From Acidimicrobiia bacterium (GTDB lineage: Bacteria; Actinomycetota; Acidimicrobiia; Spongiisociales; ZC4RG35), in the NCBI GenBank assembly GCA_965215185.1, contig OZ244034.1:2496001-2560000 (forward strand): DNA of 64,000 bases, written 5' to 3'. Of this stretch, positions 53,518 to 64,000 are shown in pieces (the stretch's first letter is position 1; every line of letters starts with the position of its first letter). The translations under genes and the position numbers were made by a program. The notes below the pieces were generated by a model. That model worked only from the letters and a program-made list of their open reading frames with translations, did not search any database and was not told the DNA's origin.

Positions 53518-54540
53518 ATGACATTCAAAGCAGCAGTGATCGGCGCCTCGGGGTATGCCGGTGGGGAGTTGATCAGGTTGTTGGACGCTCACCCGGCCTT
53601 CGATCTGATATGGCTGGGCGCCCATTCCCGGGCGGGAGAAACGTTGCGGGAGGTGCATCCCCACTTGTCCGGGGGTGATCGGCGACTGTCGGCCACTGAA
53701 CTCGGGACCATCCCGTCGGTAGATGCGGCCTTTCTGGCCTTGCCGCACGGGGCTTCGTACCGGTTGGGACACGACTTGGCGGAACGGGGCGCTGCCGTAT
53801 TCGACTTGGGGTCGGACTACCGTTTCGACACCGAAGCTCGCTATGAGACGGCCTACGGCGCCTCTCATCCCGCCGGACACCGGTTGGGGGAGTGGCGCTA
53901 TGGCCTTCCGGAATTGTTCGGCCTGGAAGGAGCTCGTCGAGTGGCTCTTCCGGGCTGTTATCCCACCGCGGTGTTGCTGGCGGCAGTTCCGCTGTTGGCA
54001 GGGGGTTTGACCACCGGTCCGGTAGTGGCAGACTGCCTTTCGGGCGCGTCGGGAGCGGGTCGGTCACTGCGTGCGGACCTGCTGTTCGGGCAAGTGGCGG
54101 AGGGAGCGCGGGCCTATGGGATCGGCGCCCATCGGCACCGTCCTGAGATCGAAATGGGATTGGAGATGGCTGGTGTTTCCTCCCGTGTCACCTTTACTCC
54201 CCATCTGCTTCCCATCCAGCGGGGGTTGCTGGCCACGGTGACCATGCCGGCTGCCGACGCCTCTGTGGAGCGGGAAGATCTGTTGGGCGTGATGGCCAAG
54301 ATGTATGAGGGCCGCCCGCTGGTGGAAGTGGTGGATCCTCCACCCCAGACCCGGTGGGTGGCGGGCTCCAGCCGGGCAATGGTTACCGCCTTCGTGGATC
54401 CCCACACCGGGATGGTGATCGCGCAGGCAGCGTTGGATAACCTCTTGAAGGGAGCTGCCGGCCAGGCTGTTCAGGCCGCCAACCTGGTGTTCGACCTGGA
54501 GGAGGCAAACGGCTTGGATACAACGGGATGGATGCCATGA
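53518..54540 (+). CDS. argC: N-acetyl-gamma-glutamyl-phosphate reductase
   Basis: GASGYAGGEL, FLALPHG, PGCYPT, SGASGAG, DNLLKGAAGQA. Confidence 0.95.
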   Translation: MTFKAAVIGASGYAGGELIRLLDAHPAFDLIWLGAHSRAGETLREVHPHLSGGDRRLSATELGTIPSVDAAFLALPHGASYRLGHDLAERGAAVFDLGSDYRFDTEARYETAYGASHPAGHRLGEWRYGLPELFGLEGARRVALPGCYPTAVLLAAVPLLAGGLTTGPVVADCLSGASGAGRSLRADLLFGQVAEGARAYGIGAHRHRPEIEMGLEMAGVSSRVTFTPHLLPIQRGLLATVTMPAADASVEREDLLGVMAKMYEGRPLVEVVDPPPQTRWVAGSSRAMVTAFVDPHTGMVIAQAALDNLLKGAAGQAVQAANLVFDLEEANGLDTTGWMP

Positions 54541-55703
54541 GCGTTACGTTTCCTAAAGGCTTTTCGGCGTCGTCCACGGCGGCAGGGATAAAGGCCTCCG
54601 GCGCGCCGGACCTCAGTTTGGTGATGGCTGCAGAGGCGGTTCCCACCGCCGCAGTGTTCACCCAGAACGCCGTGGCCGCGCCCCCGGTGCATCTTTCCCG
54701 ACGCCACATCGAGATATCGGGAGGCCGAATCCGAGGGGTAATCCTCAACTCGGGTTGCGCCAATGCCGCCACAGGTGAGCAAGGCGCCCGATCTGCCCAC
54801 CAAATGGCCGAGGCGCTATCCAAAGCGGTGGGTTGTCTGGCCAAAGAAGTGCTGGTGTGCTCGACCGGACCTATCGGCCCGCATTTGCCCATGGACAAGA
54901 TCGTCCCCGCGGTTTCGTTACTAGCTGCCAGGGCGGACACCACCCCGGCGGCGGGAAGGGCAGCCGCTGAAGGGATCCTTACCACGGACACTTTCCGCAA
55001 GGAGGCGACATCAGCCGCCCCCGAGGGGTTCCGGGTGGGTGGCATGGCTAAAGGAGCAGGGATGATTCGCCCGAGCATGGCCACCATGCTGGCGGTGGTC
55101 ACCACAGACGCCGTCGCCTCTCCCGATATGCTCGGCGAGGCCCTCCGCCAGGCAGTGGACGCAACTTTCAACAGCATCAACATTGATGGGTGTGAGTCCA
55201 CCAACGACACCCTGATTCTCATGGCCTCCGGGGCTTCAGGGGTGTGCCCGTCTGTGGAGGAATTGACCCGGGGAGTCCGGTCGGTTTGCGCCCGGCTGGC
55301 TCGCGACATCGTGGTGGACGCAGAGGAATCCACCAGAGTGGTGACGATCCGCATCAGCGGTGCTTCGGACGACGTTTCCGCCCGCCGCATGGGGATGGCC
55401 ATAGCCGACTCCGACCTGGTGCGCTGTTCTTTTTACGGAGGTGACCCCAACTGGGGAAGGTTGGTAGCGGCGCTGGGCGCCTGCGGAGAGTGGGTGGACG
55501 CCTCCCGGATTGCCATCACCTACCAGGGAGTGCCGGTGGCTTCGGGCGGGATGTTCACGGGAGTGAACTTGGAGGCGGTGAAAGCAGTGCTGGTGGGCAA
55601 TTTCGAGGTGAAGATTTCGGTGGGGGAGGGCCCGGGCTCCGCCGAGATTCTCACTTGCGATCTCACCCCGGGCTATGTGACTTACAACGGAGAACCATCA
55701 TGA
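54537..55703 (+). CDS. argJ: Ornithine acetyltransferase / N-acetylglutamate synthase
   Basis: NSGCANAATG, ILTTDT, KGAGMIRPSMATML, STNDT, DPNWGR. Confidence 0.95.
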   Translation: MSVTFPKGFSASSTAAGIKASGAPDLSLVMAAEAVPTAAVFTQNAVAAPPVHLSRRHIEISGGRIRGVILNSGCANAATGEQGARSAHQMAEALSKAVGCLAKEVLVCSTGPIGPHLPMDKIVPAVSLLAARADTTPAAGRAAAEGILTTDTFRKEATSAAPEGFRVGGMAKGAGMIRPSMATMLAVVTTDAVASPDMLGEALRQAVDATFNSINIDGCESTNDTLILMASGASGVCPSVEELTRGVRSVCARLARDIVVDAEESTRVVTIRISGASDDVSARRMGMAIADSDLVRCSFYGGDPNWGRLVAALGACGEWVDASRIAITYQGVPVASGGMFTGVNLEAVKAVLVGNFEVKISVGEGPGSAEILTCDLTPGYVTYNGEPS

Positions 55704-56605
55704 CCACCGGCCACAGTCCTCCCACTCGGCTCAAGCCCCGGATCGCCAGTTCGATGGGGAAGGCGGCCATCCTGATGGAAGCTCTTCCTTACATCCGCCG
55801 TTTTTCCGGTACCACCGTGGTGGTGAAATACGGCGGTTCGGCGATGGATGACCCCACCTTCGCCCAGTCTTTCGCCAGGGATGTGGCCCTTCTTTCCCAA
55901 GTGGGGATCAAGATAGTGGTGGTCCATGGCGGCGGGCCGCAGATCACCGCGGCGATGAACAGGGAGGGGATAGCTCCCACCTGGGTGGAGGGACTGCGGG
56001 TGACGCATTCTCGAACTATGGAGGTGGTGCGGAGGGTGCTGGGTGGAGAGGTCAACGGAGAGATAACCCGCCTTTTGGTAGCCAACGGGGCTATGGCGGT
56101 CGGGGTGAACGGGGTGGATGCGGGTATGTTCTCCTGTCGGCAACTGGACAGCCGCCTGGGGAGGGTGGGCGATCTCGTCGACGTGAACCCTGCTTTAGTG
56201 AATCGTCTCTTGGACGGTGGAATGACGCCGGTGGTGGCACCACTGGGTGTGGGCCAGGACGGCGAGGTTTACAACCTGAACGCCGACACGGTGGCCGGCG
56301 CCCTGGCCGCGGGCCTGGATGCGCAGAAGCTGGTATTCCTCACTGATGTGGAGGGGGTCTATCGCAATGCTGAAGACTCGGGCTCCCTCATCTCCAAGAT
56401 GACCTTGACAGAGTTGGCTTTCAGCGTCGACCGGTACCGGGGCGGGATGCTTCCCAAGTTGCGGGCCGTGGTCCAAGCCATGAAGGGCGGCGTCTCCCAA
56501 TCCCATATTCTGGACGGGCGAATCCAACATGCCCTACTGCTGGAGATGTTCACCCCCGAGGGAATCGGGACCATGATCGTTCATCAGGAAGGGGAACGGC
56601 AGTGA
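55700..56605 (+). CDS. argB: Acetylglutamate kinase
   Basis: VVKYGGSAM, VHGGGPQI, GLRVT, NLNAD, GGMLPK. Confidence 0.95.
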   Translation: MTTGHSPPTRLKPRIASSMGKAAILMEALPYIRRFSGTTVVVKYGGSAMDDPTFAQSFARDVALLSQVGIKIVVVHGGGPQITAAMNREGIAPTWVEGLRVTHSRTMEVVRRVLGGEVNGEITRLLVANGAMAVGVNGVDAGMFSCRQLDSRLGRVGDLVDVNPALVNRLLDGGMTPVVAPLGVGQDGEVYNLNADTVAGALAAGLDAQKLVFLTDVEGVYRNAEDSGSLISKMTLTELAFSVDRYRGGMLPKLRAVVQAMKGGVSQSHILDGRIQHALLLEMFTPEGIGTMIVHQEGERQ

Positions 56606-57792
56606 AATCTTGGATCGAAGCCGCCGACCGGACGCTGATCCCCGCCTATGGGCGAACACCGGTGATCTTCACCCGGGGTGAAGGCGTCTGGCTCTACGAC
56701 CGGGAGGGAAAGTCATATCTGGACTGTTTGACCGGCTTGGCGGTGGTGGCGGTCGGACATGCCAATCCCCGGGTGGCAGCAGCCGCCGGCGTCCAACTCT
56801 CACAGCTCGTGCATGTCTCCAACCTGTTCTACAACGAACCGATGGTGGCCTTGGCCGCCCGGCTGACGGAGCTTTCCGGACTGGAACGGGTGTTCTTCGC
56901 CAACTGCGGTGCCACCGCCAACGAGACAGCTATCAAGCTGGCCCGCCGGTTCGCCCAAGAAAAGCACGGAGCGCATCGCTACGAGGTGGTTTCCCTACTT
57001 GACTCCTTCCACGGCCGCACCCTCGCCACTTTGGCCGCCACCGGCCAGCCGGGGAAGCAACAGACCTTCGAACCCCTGCCACCCGGGTTTCGCCAGGTCC
57101 CCCAAGGGGACATCGACGCGCTGGGAGAGGCGGTCAACGACCGCACCGCGGCAGTCCTGATGGAGACCACTCAAGGGGAGGGGGGCGTGGTTCCCCTTCC
57201 GGCCCGCTACCTGCAGGAGGTTCGGCGGATGTGTGATCGCCGGGGCGTCCTGATGATCATCGACGACATCCAGGCGGGGATGGGCCGCACCGGGCACCTG
57301 TTTTCCTGGCAAGGCTTGGGGTTTGAACCGGACATAGCCACGGTGGCCAAGGCAATGGCAAACGGCCTGGCAATGGGCGCCTGCCTGGCGCGGGAGGAGA
57401 TCGCCATCGCCTTCCGGCCCGGCGATCACGGCACCACCTTCGGCGGCGGGCCGGTTCCCTGCGCGGCGGCCTTGGCGGTTTTGGACGAGATCTACGAACG
57501 TGACCTGTTGGCCAACTGCCGGGCGAGGTCGCTCCAGTTCGTCGAAGGCTTGAGCGCACTCCCAGGCGTTGCCGGGGTGCGGGGCCGAGGATTGCTGCTG
57601 GCGGCGATACTGGAGGGAGAGTGGGCGGCGGCGGCCACCCGCCGTGCGCTGGAACTCGGTCTGGTAGTCAACAACGTGCGACCAAATGCGGTGCGTTTCG
57701 CTCCGCCACTCACGATTACTCCCGAGGAGACGACCGAAGCGATATCCCGGTTTGCCGCCGCCCTGTCGGATTCGGTCTGCGCGGAGGCTTGA
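56602..57792 (+). CDS. argD: Acetylornithine aminotransferase
   Basis: HVSNLFY, SFHGRT, QGEGG, IQAGMGRTG, AKAMANG, HGTTFGG. Confidence 0.93.
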   Translation: MKSWIEAADRTLIPAYGRTPVIFTRGEGVWLYDREGKSYLDCLTGLAVVAVGHANPRVAAAAGVQLSQLVHVSNLFYNEPMVALAARLTELSGLERVFFANCGATANETAIKLARRFAQEKHGAHRYEVVSLLDSFHGRTLATLAATGQPGKQQTFEPLPPGFRQVPQGDIDALGEAVNDRTAAVLMETTQGEGGVVPLPARYLQEVRRMCDRRGVLMIIDDIQAGMGRTGHLFSWQGLGFEPDIATVAKAMANGLAMGACLAREEIAIAFRPGDHGTTFGGGPVPCAAALAVLDEIYERDLLANCRARSLQFVEGLSALPGVAGVRGRGLLLAAILEGEWAAAATRRALELGLVVNNVRPNAVRFAPPLTITPEETTEAISRFAAALSDSVCAEA

Positions 57793-57793
57793 G

Positions 57794-58270
57794 ATGGGTT
57801 CGGCCGGCGCCCGTCGGCGGGCATTACGCAAGCTGTTGGCTCGGGGAAACGCGGCGGAACAAGCGGAGTTAGTCAAAGAACTGGCTGCGGAGGGCTATTT
57901 GGTCAGCCAGTCCACCATCTCGCGGGATCTGCGTTACCTGGGGGTGGTCAAAGACGGCCAGGGTCGATATCGACTGACCGCGCCCGACCCCAAACCCGAC
58001 CAGTTCATAGACCCGGGGCGGAGGTTGAGCAAGGTGATCAACTCCTATGCGATCTCCATCGAGGCCTCGGCCAACCTGGTGGTGGTGAAAACCTTTCCGG
58101 GAGCCGCCTCCTGGGTAGCCTCGGCCGTGGATGCCGCCTTGGTGACCGGAGAGGTCGGAAGTGTTCTGGGCACCGTGGCTGGCGACGACACCGTTTTGGT
58201 GGTGACAGCTCAGCCCACCGACGGCCAGCATGTTAAGAAACGACTGGAGCGAATAGGGGAGATGGTATGA
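57794..58270 (+). CDS. argR: Arginine repressor
   Basis: [29 protein letters not shown]. Confidence 0.93.
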   Translation: MGSAGARRRALRKLLARGNAAEQAELVKELAAEGYLVSQSTISRDLRYLGVVKDGQGRYRLTAPDPKPDQFIDPGRRLSKVINSYAISIEASANLVVVKTFPGAASWVASAVDAALVTGEVGSVLGTVAGDDTVLVVTAQPTDGQHVKKRLERIGEMV

Positions 58271-59472
58271 CCAGAGTCGTGCTTGCCTACTCGGGCGGCC
58301 TTGACACCTCGGTGATTCTGGCCTGGCTCAGAGAAGTTCATGGAGCGGAGGTGATCGCCTATACCGCCGACGTCGGCCAGGGCGAAGAAGTGGCCGAGGC
58401 GCGCCAAAAGGCGCTCGACACCGGAGCGATCGAAGCGGTCGTTTCGGATCTACGGCACGAGTTCGTCACCGAGGCGGTCTTCCCGGCCTTTCGGGCCGGG
58501 GCCCTCTATGAGGGCTACTACCTGTTGGGCACCTCCCTGGCCCGGCCCATTATCACCCAGGGCATGATCGAAGTGGCCCGGCGGTTCGGCGCCGACGCCA
58601 TCTCCCACGGCGCCACCGGCAAAGGAAATGACCAGGTGCGCTTCGAGTTGTCCGCTTATGCCCTGGAGCCCGACATCCGGGTGATCGCCCCGTGGAGGGA
58701 GTGGAATATGCGGGGACGGGCCGATTTGGTGGAATATGCCCGCCGGCGCGGCATCCCTGTGCCGGTCTCACCGGAAAAGCCTTATTCCACCGACGCCAAC
58801 CTCCTGCACATCTCCTATGAAGGAGGGATACTGGAAGATCCCTGGGCCTCTCCACCTCAGAACATGTTCGCCCTCACGATCGATCCCCAGCTGGCGCCTG
58901 ATCAACCCGAGGAGGTGACCATCGCCCTCGAGAAAGGGGACCCGGTGGCCGTGAATGGACAACGGCTGGGGCCGGTGGAACTGTTGGAGGAACTGAACCG
59001 GTTGGGCGGGCGCCACGGAGTGGGCCGGGTCGACATAGTGGAGAACCGGTTCGTGGGGATCAAGAGCCGCGGCGTCTACGAGACGCCGGGGGGAACCCTC
59101 CTTTACCACGCCCAGCGGGCGGTGGAGTCGATCACTCTGGATCGCCAGGTGGCCCATCTTCGGGATGAGCTGTCTCCCCGGTATGCGGAAATGGTCTACA
59201 ACGGGTTTTGGTTCGCTCCGGAGCGATACGCCCTGCAGACGCTGTTTGACGAGACGGCACAGGCGGTCACCGGTGAGGCGCGGCTGCGCCTTTACAAGGG
59301 ATCGGCCACGGTGGTGGGTCGTCGTTCCCCCCAGAGCCTCTACGACCCCGAACGGGCTACCTTTGAGGAGGACGACGTGTATGACCAGGCCGATGCCGGA
59401 GGGTTCATTCGGGTCAACGCCCTGCGTCTGCGTCCTCCTTCCTCCCAAACACCGGGAGATGCCGCGTCGTGA
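58267..59472 (+). CDS. argG: Argininosuccinate synthase
   Basis: [40 protein letters not shown]. Confidence 0.97.
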   Translation: MTRVVLAYSGGLDTSVILAWLREVHGAEVIAYTADVGQGEEVAEARQKALDTGAIEAVVSDLRHEFVTEAVFPAFRAGALYEGYYLLGTSLARPIITQGMIEVARRFGADAISHGATGKGNDQVRFELSAYALEPDIRVIAPWREWNMRGRADLVEYARRRGIPVPVSPEKPYSTDANLLHISYEGGILEDPWASPPQNMFALTIDPQLAPDQPEEVTIALEKGDPVAVNGQRLGPVELLEELNRLGGRHGVGRVDIVENRFVGIKSRGVYETPGGTLLYHAQRAVESITLDRQVAHLRDELSPRYAEMVYNGFWFAPERYALQTLFDETAQAVTGEARLRLYKGSATVVGRRSPQSLYDPERATFEEDDVYDQADAGGFIRVNALRLRPPSSQTPGDAAS

Positions 59473-60839
59473 CGCTTTGGGAAGGTCGGCTAGCAGGCGT
59501 TCCCGCCTCCGCAATGTGGGACTTCACCGTCTCGACCTCCGATCGACGGCTACTCCTTGACGACATCGAGGGGTCCCTGGCCCATGTGGGCATGCTCGGA
59601 GACGTGGGGATACTGTCGGAAACGGAGACCTCCACCATCACCGGGGGACTTCAAGTTATCGCCGAAGAGGCTCGGGCCGGGGCCTTTGCCTTCTCCGATA
59701 CCGATGAGGATGTGCATTCGGCGGTGGAACGCCGCCTGATCGAGTTGGTGGGACCGGTGGGAGGAAAGCTCCACACCGGACGGTCCCGCAACGACCAGGT
59801 TGCTTTGGACCTCGTACTGTACATGCGACGCGGCGCCCTCGGTCATGTCCGAGGGCTGGCTCGTCTGGCGTTGGTGCTGGTGGACGTCGCCTCGCAGATG
59901 GGCCCCGAGGTGGTGGTCCCCTCCTATACCCACCTTCAGCAGGCCCAGCCCACGCTCTTTGCCCATCACCTTTTGGCCTACGCGCAAATGACGGCCCGGG
60001 ATCGGAGTCGGTTCCTGGACTTGATGGCCCGGTTGGACTGCTCTCCCCTGGGAGCGGGCGCCTCGGCTGGATCATCCCTTCCCCTCTCCCCGGCAAAAAG
60101 CGCCGCCCGGCTGGGTATGTCCAAGTCCTTCGCCAATTCTCTGGAAGCTGTTGGCTCCCGGGACCGCGCCGCCGAGTACGTGTGGTGTTGCGCCCGCGCC
60201 ATGGTTTCCCTCTCCCGCTTGGGAGAGGATCTGGTGATATGGTCCACAAGGGAGTTCGGGTGGGTGACTTTGGCCGATGAGTTCGCCACCGGCTCTTCAG
60301 CGTTGCCTCAGAAAAAGAATCCCGATGTGGCGGAACTCGTGCGGGGAAAGGCTGCCGGCGCTATCGGGGCGCTAACCGCTATGATGGCGTTAGAAAAAGG
60401 TTTACCCATGTCATACAACCGTGACCTGCAAGAGGACAAGGAACATCTGTTCCGGGTGGACGACGACTTGGCTGGTGCCACCACCGCCTTGGCAGGGCTG
60501 ATAGCGTCAGCCCGGTTTCATCCGCCCCCGCCTGCTTCGGAGACGGCTGCTTTGGACTTGGCCGAGGCGTTGGTGGCAAGGGGAACTCCTTTTCGGGAGG
60601 CGCATCGGGTCACGGGAGAGGTGGCGGCCCGGTTGGTGTCACAGGGTCGGGACTTCGCGTCGCTCGCTTCCGATGAACTTACCGGGGCGCATCCCGGTTT
60701 CTTGGCGTCCGACCTGGATCTGTTGGATCCGGTCATCTCCGTGCAACGGAGAGCCACTCGGGGAGGGGGAAGCCCCGAAAGCGTTGCCGCCCAGATCGCC
60801 GCGTTACGCGGTGAACTCTTGGAAGAAGCCGTACCTTGA
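59469..60839 (+). CDS. argH: Argininosuccinate lyase
   Basis: [45 protein letters not shown]. Confidence 0.96.
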   Translation: MTLWEGRLAGVPASAMWDFTVSTSDRRLLLDDIEGSLAHVGMLGDVGILSETETSTITGGLQVIAEEARAGAFAFSDTDEDVHSAVERRLIELVGPVGGKLHTGRSRNDQVALDLVLYMRRGALGHVRGLARLALVLVDVASQMGPEVVVPSYTHLQQAQPTLFAHHLLAYAQMTARDRSRFLDLMARLDCSPLGAGASAGSSLPLSPAKSAARLGMSKSFANSLEAVGSRDRAAEYVWCCARAMVSLSRLGEDLVIWSTREFGWVTLADEFATGSSALPQKKNPDVAELVRGKAAGAIGALTAMMALEKGLPMSYNRDLQEDKEHLFRVDDDLAGATTALAGLIASARFHPPPPASETAALDLAEALVARGTPFREAHRVTGEVAARLVSQGRDFASLASDELTGAHPGFLASDLDLLDPVISVQRRATRGGGSPESVAAQIAALRGELLEEAVP

Positions 60840-62359
60840 GCCAACCCAGCCTCGTCCGGCCCACTCGACCTCCGTTTTGGCGCAACGCCACCTTCCTGAA
60901 GTGGGCGGCGCAGATCGGAGTGCTCTTCGGGGTGGTGGTTCTGGGTTATGTGCTGATTGGCGAGGCAGCCGCCAACATGAAGGCGCAGGGACTCGCTCTG
61001 GATTGGGATCTCTTGACGGATCCCCCGGGCATCCAACTGGGAGAGGGGGTTTTCATTTTTCCCGAGACCGGGTTGGAGGTGTTCTATACCGGAGCGGTGA
61101 ATATGTTGAGGGTCGCCCTATCGGGAATCGCGGCGGCCACGGTGGTGGGGGTGGTGGTTGGTATAGCCCGGCTGTCCTCCAACTGGCTGGCGTCCCGGCT
61201 GGCTACGGCGTTCGTTGAGACGGTTCGCAACATTCCCGTCCTGGTGCAGGTGGTCTTCTGGTTCTTTCTCTCTTCCATTCTTTTTCCCACCCTGGAGGCG
61301 GATAGTTCGGGGCCGATCCCCGGAGTGCTGCTGGTCAGCCGTAAAGGCATTTCCTTCGCGTGGCCCTTCCCGCAGGAGACCTTTTGGCAGTGGGGGGCCT
61401 TCTTGGTGCTGGGTCTGCTGACCGCCCGGTGGATTTATCGCAGCCGGATGAGCCAAGCCGAGGAATTGGGGGAGGACACTCGGCCTCTCACCTGGGCGGT
61501 GGCGGCGCTGTTGGCTTGGGCATTGGTTGGCTGGTTCGCCCACCCACTTGCCGGGGCCATAGGATGGGTGTTCGGCCTATTGGCTGCTCTGGTGGGTTTC
61601 ATTCCGGTTTTGGCGTACCAGATGCTGTTGGCGTTGGTTGCCCTCTATCTGGGCTGGCGATGGATTCACCGGTTCTTGGAGTCCCGTCGCGGTCCCGGCG
61701 GCATGGCCAAACTCACCGACGACGATTACTTCCGGTTGGTGCTGGCGGGGCTCATGGGCGCTGGTGGAGCAGTGGCGCTGCTGTTGCTGCCGGCGGTCAC
61801 CGATTTGGGAGTCAGTGTCTTCCAGGGCCTTTTGGAGTTCTTTGATCAGAAGTTCGACTTCCTCCGCACCGGGGCGCCCGTAGTGATCGGGCAGCCATCG
61901 GTGGAACTGCCGGGCCGATTCCCGCAGATCGCCCCTTCCGGCATGACCATGACGCCCTCATTTTTCGGAATCTGGATGGGGGTGACTCTTTACACATCCG
62001 CGTTCATCGCCGAGATCGTCAGAGGCGGCATTCTTTCGGTGCCCAAGGGCCAGAGCGAGGCAGGATACTCCCTGGGTTTGAGGCGGGGGCAACTTCTCCG
62101 CATGGTCATCCTCCCACAGGCCTTCCGGGTGATTCTTCCTCCGCTGGGCAACCAATATCTGAATTTGTCCAAGAACACCTCGCTTGGGATCGCAGTGGCC
62201 TTCCCGGAGATGGTGCAGGTTGGCCAGACCATGTTCAATCAGACTGGCGACACTATCCAGGTGATCCTTTTGTGGATGGGGTTTTATCTGACCATCAGCA
62301 TTTTGATTTCTATGCTGATCAACTACTACAACCGACGCGCCCAACTGGTGGAGCGATAG
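60836..62359 (+). CDS. General L-amino-acid ABC permease (AapQ/BztB-like)
   Basis: GIARLSSNWL, VRNIPVLVQ, YTSAFIAEIVRGGI.SVPKGQ.EA, QYLNLSKNTSL. Confidence 0.9.
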   Translation: MSQPSLVRPTRPPFWRNATFLKWAAQIGVLFGVVVLGYVLIGEAAANMKAQGLALDWDLLTDPPGIQLGEGVFIFPETGLEVFYTGAVNMLRVALSGIAAATVVGVVVGIARLSSNWLASRLATAFVETVRNIPVLVQVVFWFFLSSILFPTLEADSSGPIPGVLLVSRKGISFAWPFPQETFWQWGAFLVLGLLTARWIYRSRMSQAEELGEDTRPLTWAVAALLAWALVGWFAHPLAGAIGWVFGLLAALVGFIPVLAYQMLLALVALYLGWRWIHRFLESRRGPGGMAKLTDDDYFRLVLAGLMGAGGAVALLLLPAVTDLGVSVFQGLLEFFDQKFDFLRTGAPVVIGQPSVELPGRFPQIAPSGMTMTPSFFGIWMGVTLYTSAFIAEIVRGGILSVPKGQSEAGYSLGLRRGQLLRMVILPQAFRVILPPLGNQYLNLSKNTSLGIAVAFPEMVQVGQTMFNQTGDTIQVILLWMGFYLTISILISMLINYYNRRAQLVER

Positions 62360-64000
62360 ATGAGCCTCGACCCGCACGACCTAATACCTGCCGAGCCGCC
62401 TCCCAAGGCGCTGCGCCTAGGCGGGCTCAACTGGGTCCGTAAGAACCTGTTTGCCTCGGTGTTCAACGGGACCCTGACTGCGCTCCTCACGGTGGGGCTG
62501 CTGTTGGGAATCTTGGCGGTGCTCCGTTTCGTCTTCAGTCCGGATCGACGTTGGGAGGTGATCCCTCCCAACGCCGCCAACTACACGGTGGGGTCATATC
62601 CCCGCGACGGCTTGACCAACATTTGGTGGTCGATTTGGGTCATCGCCGCTCTTGCCGGGATATCCACCGCCCTCTGGGGCGACAAGGGCCGGATCTCGCT
62701 GGTGAAGGTAGTGGCGGGGGTGAGGGCGGCAGGGATGACCGCTTTGGTGGTGGGAGTGCTGACGCTATGGTCTCCCGCCGGAACCGCCGTCCAATCCTGG
62801 CTGGTCTGGGGTGGGGCCGTCCTCGTCGCGGCCGGATGGGCGCTTATGAGGATGTTGTCGGGGGATAGAACGGTGCCCACTTTGAGCGCCATGGCTGTTG
62901 TGGCCGGACTGGGATTGTCGGTGCCGTGGTTCCTGCACCTCGACAGCACTGCCCACTGGTACCCGCGGTTGATCATCACCGCCTTGGTGTTAATGGCGTG
63001 CCATGCGTTAGGGCGGCTGGCCGCACGGTGGGCTTCGCCACGGGCTCTGAAAAGAACTGTCACGTTCCTGTGGGTGGCCTCCTTTCCCGTGATCTATATG
63101 CACATCCAACGCAGCCCCAGCCTGGAGTGGCAGGAGGTGCTCCCGTGGATTCCCTGGGCGGTTCTTGTGGTGGCGATCGGGCCGGTGGCGATCGGGCTGG
63201 TGAGCCGTCTGCGACGAGAGCAAGCGGCGGCGGTCAACTTTCTGCTGGGGGGAGTGGCGATCTTCTCCTGGGTGGTGCAGTGGCCGATGGCCATCCGGGT
63301 GATGACGCTGCTGCTGACGCTTTTCTCCATGGCCGCTCCCACTTTCGCCTCCAGCCCGCAGGCTCGGAAGGCCTTCTACTGGTCGTGGCTGGGAGGATCG
63401 GCCTGCGCCCTGTATTTCTTTCTGCTGGGGGTGGGATCGACTGATCTGGGCATCCGCGGAGACTTCCTGGGCGGATTCAACCTCACTATCCTGCTGGCGG
63501 TGGGAGGGATTGCTCTCTCCTTCCCCGTCGGGCTGCTTTTAGCCTTGGGGCGCACCTCGACCATGCCCATCTTTCGGCTTTTGTCCGTCGCCTATATAGA
63601 GGTGGTCAGGGGGGTCCCGCTGATCACCGTGTTGTTCTTTGCCGACAAGGTCATTCCCCGCTTTCTGCCACCGTGGGTGGATGTCCCCGGAGAGACAAAA
63701 GCTCTTCTGGCCATTACTGCCTTCTCCGCCGCCTACCTCGCCGAGAACGTGAGGGGTGGGCTGCAGTCGGTCTCCAAAGGACAATTCGAGGCAGCCCGGG
63801 CACTGGGAATGACCACCGCTCAGATGACCATGCTCATCACTCTGCCCCAAGCCTTGAAAGCGGTCATCCCCGCCTTGGTGGGCCAGGCCATCGCCCTCTT
63901 CAAGGACACGTCGCTGGTGGCGATCATCGGGCTGGCCGACTTTTTGAGAGTGGCCCGCGATGTGGTGCCCAACCAACCCGACTCCTTGGGGAGCATTCTG
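62360..64000 (+). CDS. General L-amino-acid ABC permease (AapM/BztC-like), 3'-partial
   Basis: WVRKNLFAS..NG.LT near the start; RGVPLITVL, AYLAENVRGGLQ, GQFEAARALG, FKDTSLV near the window edge. Confidence 0.88.
   Translation, partial: MSLDPHDLIPAEPPPKALRLGGLNWVRKNLFASVFNGTLTALLTVGLLLGILAVLRFVFSPDRRWEVIPPNAANYTVGSYPRDGLTNIWWSIWVIAALAGISTALWGDKGRISLVKVVAGVRAAGMTALVVGVLTLWSPAGTAVQSWLVWGGAVLVAAGWALMRMLSGDRTVPTLSAMAVVAGLGLSVPWFLHLDSTAHWYPRLIITALVLMACHALGRLAARWASPRALKRTVTFLWVASFPVIYMHIQRSPSLEWQEVLPWIPWAVLVVAIGPVAIGLVSRLRREQAAAVNFLLGGVAIFSWVVQWPMAIRVMTLLLTLFSMAAPTFASSPQARKAFYWSWLGGSACALYFFLLGVGSTDLGIRGDFLGGFNLTILLAVGGIALSFPVGLLLALGRTSTMPIFRLLSVAYIEVVRGVPLITVLFFADKVIPRFLPPWVDVPGETKALLAITAFSAAYLAENVRGGLQSVSKGQFEAARALGMTTAQMTMLITLPQALKAVIPALVGQAIALFKDTSLVAIIGLADFLRVARDVVPNQPDSLGSIL

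Overview
GC-rich Actinomycetota window, most like Acidimicrobiia; the SLH/RCC1-type surface protein suggests a host-associated lineage (inference). It spans the replication origin. 1-27.1 kb is a decayed accessory island abutting tRNA-Ala. It holds an SLH-metzincin-RCC1 surface protein, three type II toxin-antitoxin modules (two broken), a Cre-like recombinase, nested ISL3/IS256/IS3 elements and an ISL3-flanked amino-acid uptake/catabolism operon. It also holds a broken STAND-like NTPase and P4-like integrases. 27.1-53 kb is the core origin region: tRNA-Ala/tRNA-Ile, DUF3566, gyrA, gyrB, dciA, recF, dnaN, oriC, dnaA, rpmH-rnpA-yidD-yidC-jag, parB-parA-rsmG with two parS sites, cwlM-like, trxA, trxB, a pseudokinase, a deacetylase, the CCA enzyme and an M1 peptidase. 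53-64 kb holds argCJBD-argR-argGH and two amino-acid ABC permeases. The main oddities are (i) a DnaA with a rewritten DNA-recognition helix and no perfect DnaA box seen by eye, (ii) cobT-cobS-cobU inserted between rpmH and dnaA, (iii) rnpA lacking a canonical start, (iv) an inverted rsmG-parA-parB block with a disrupted rsmG, and (v) divergent tRNA-Ile/tRNA-Ala. All calls are by eye; no searches were run.
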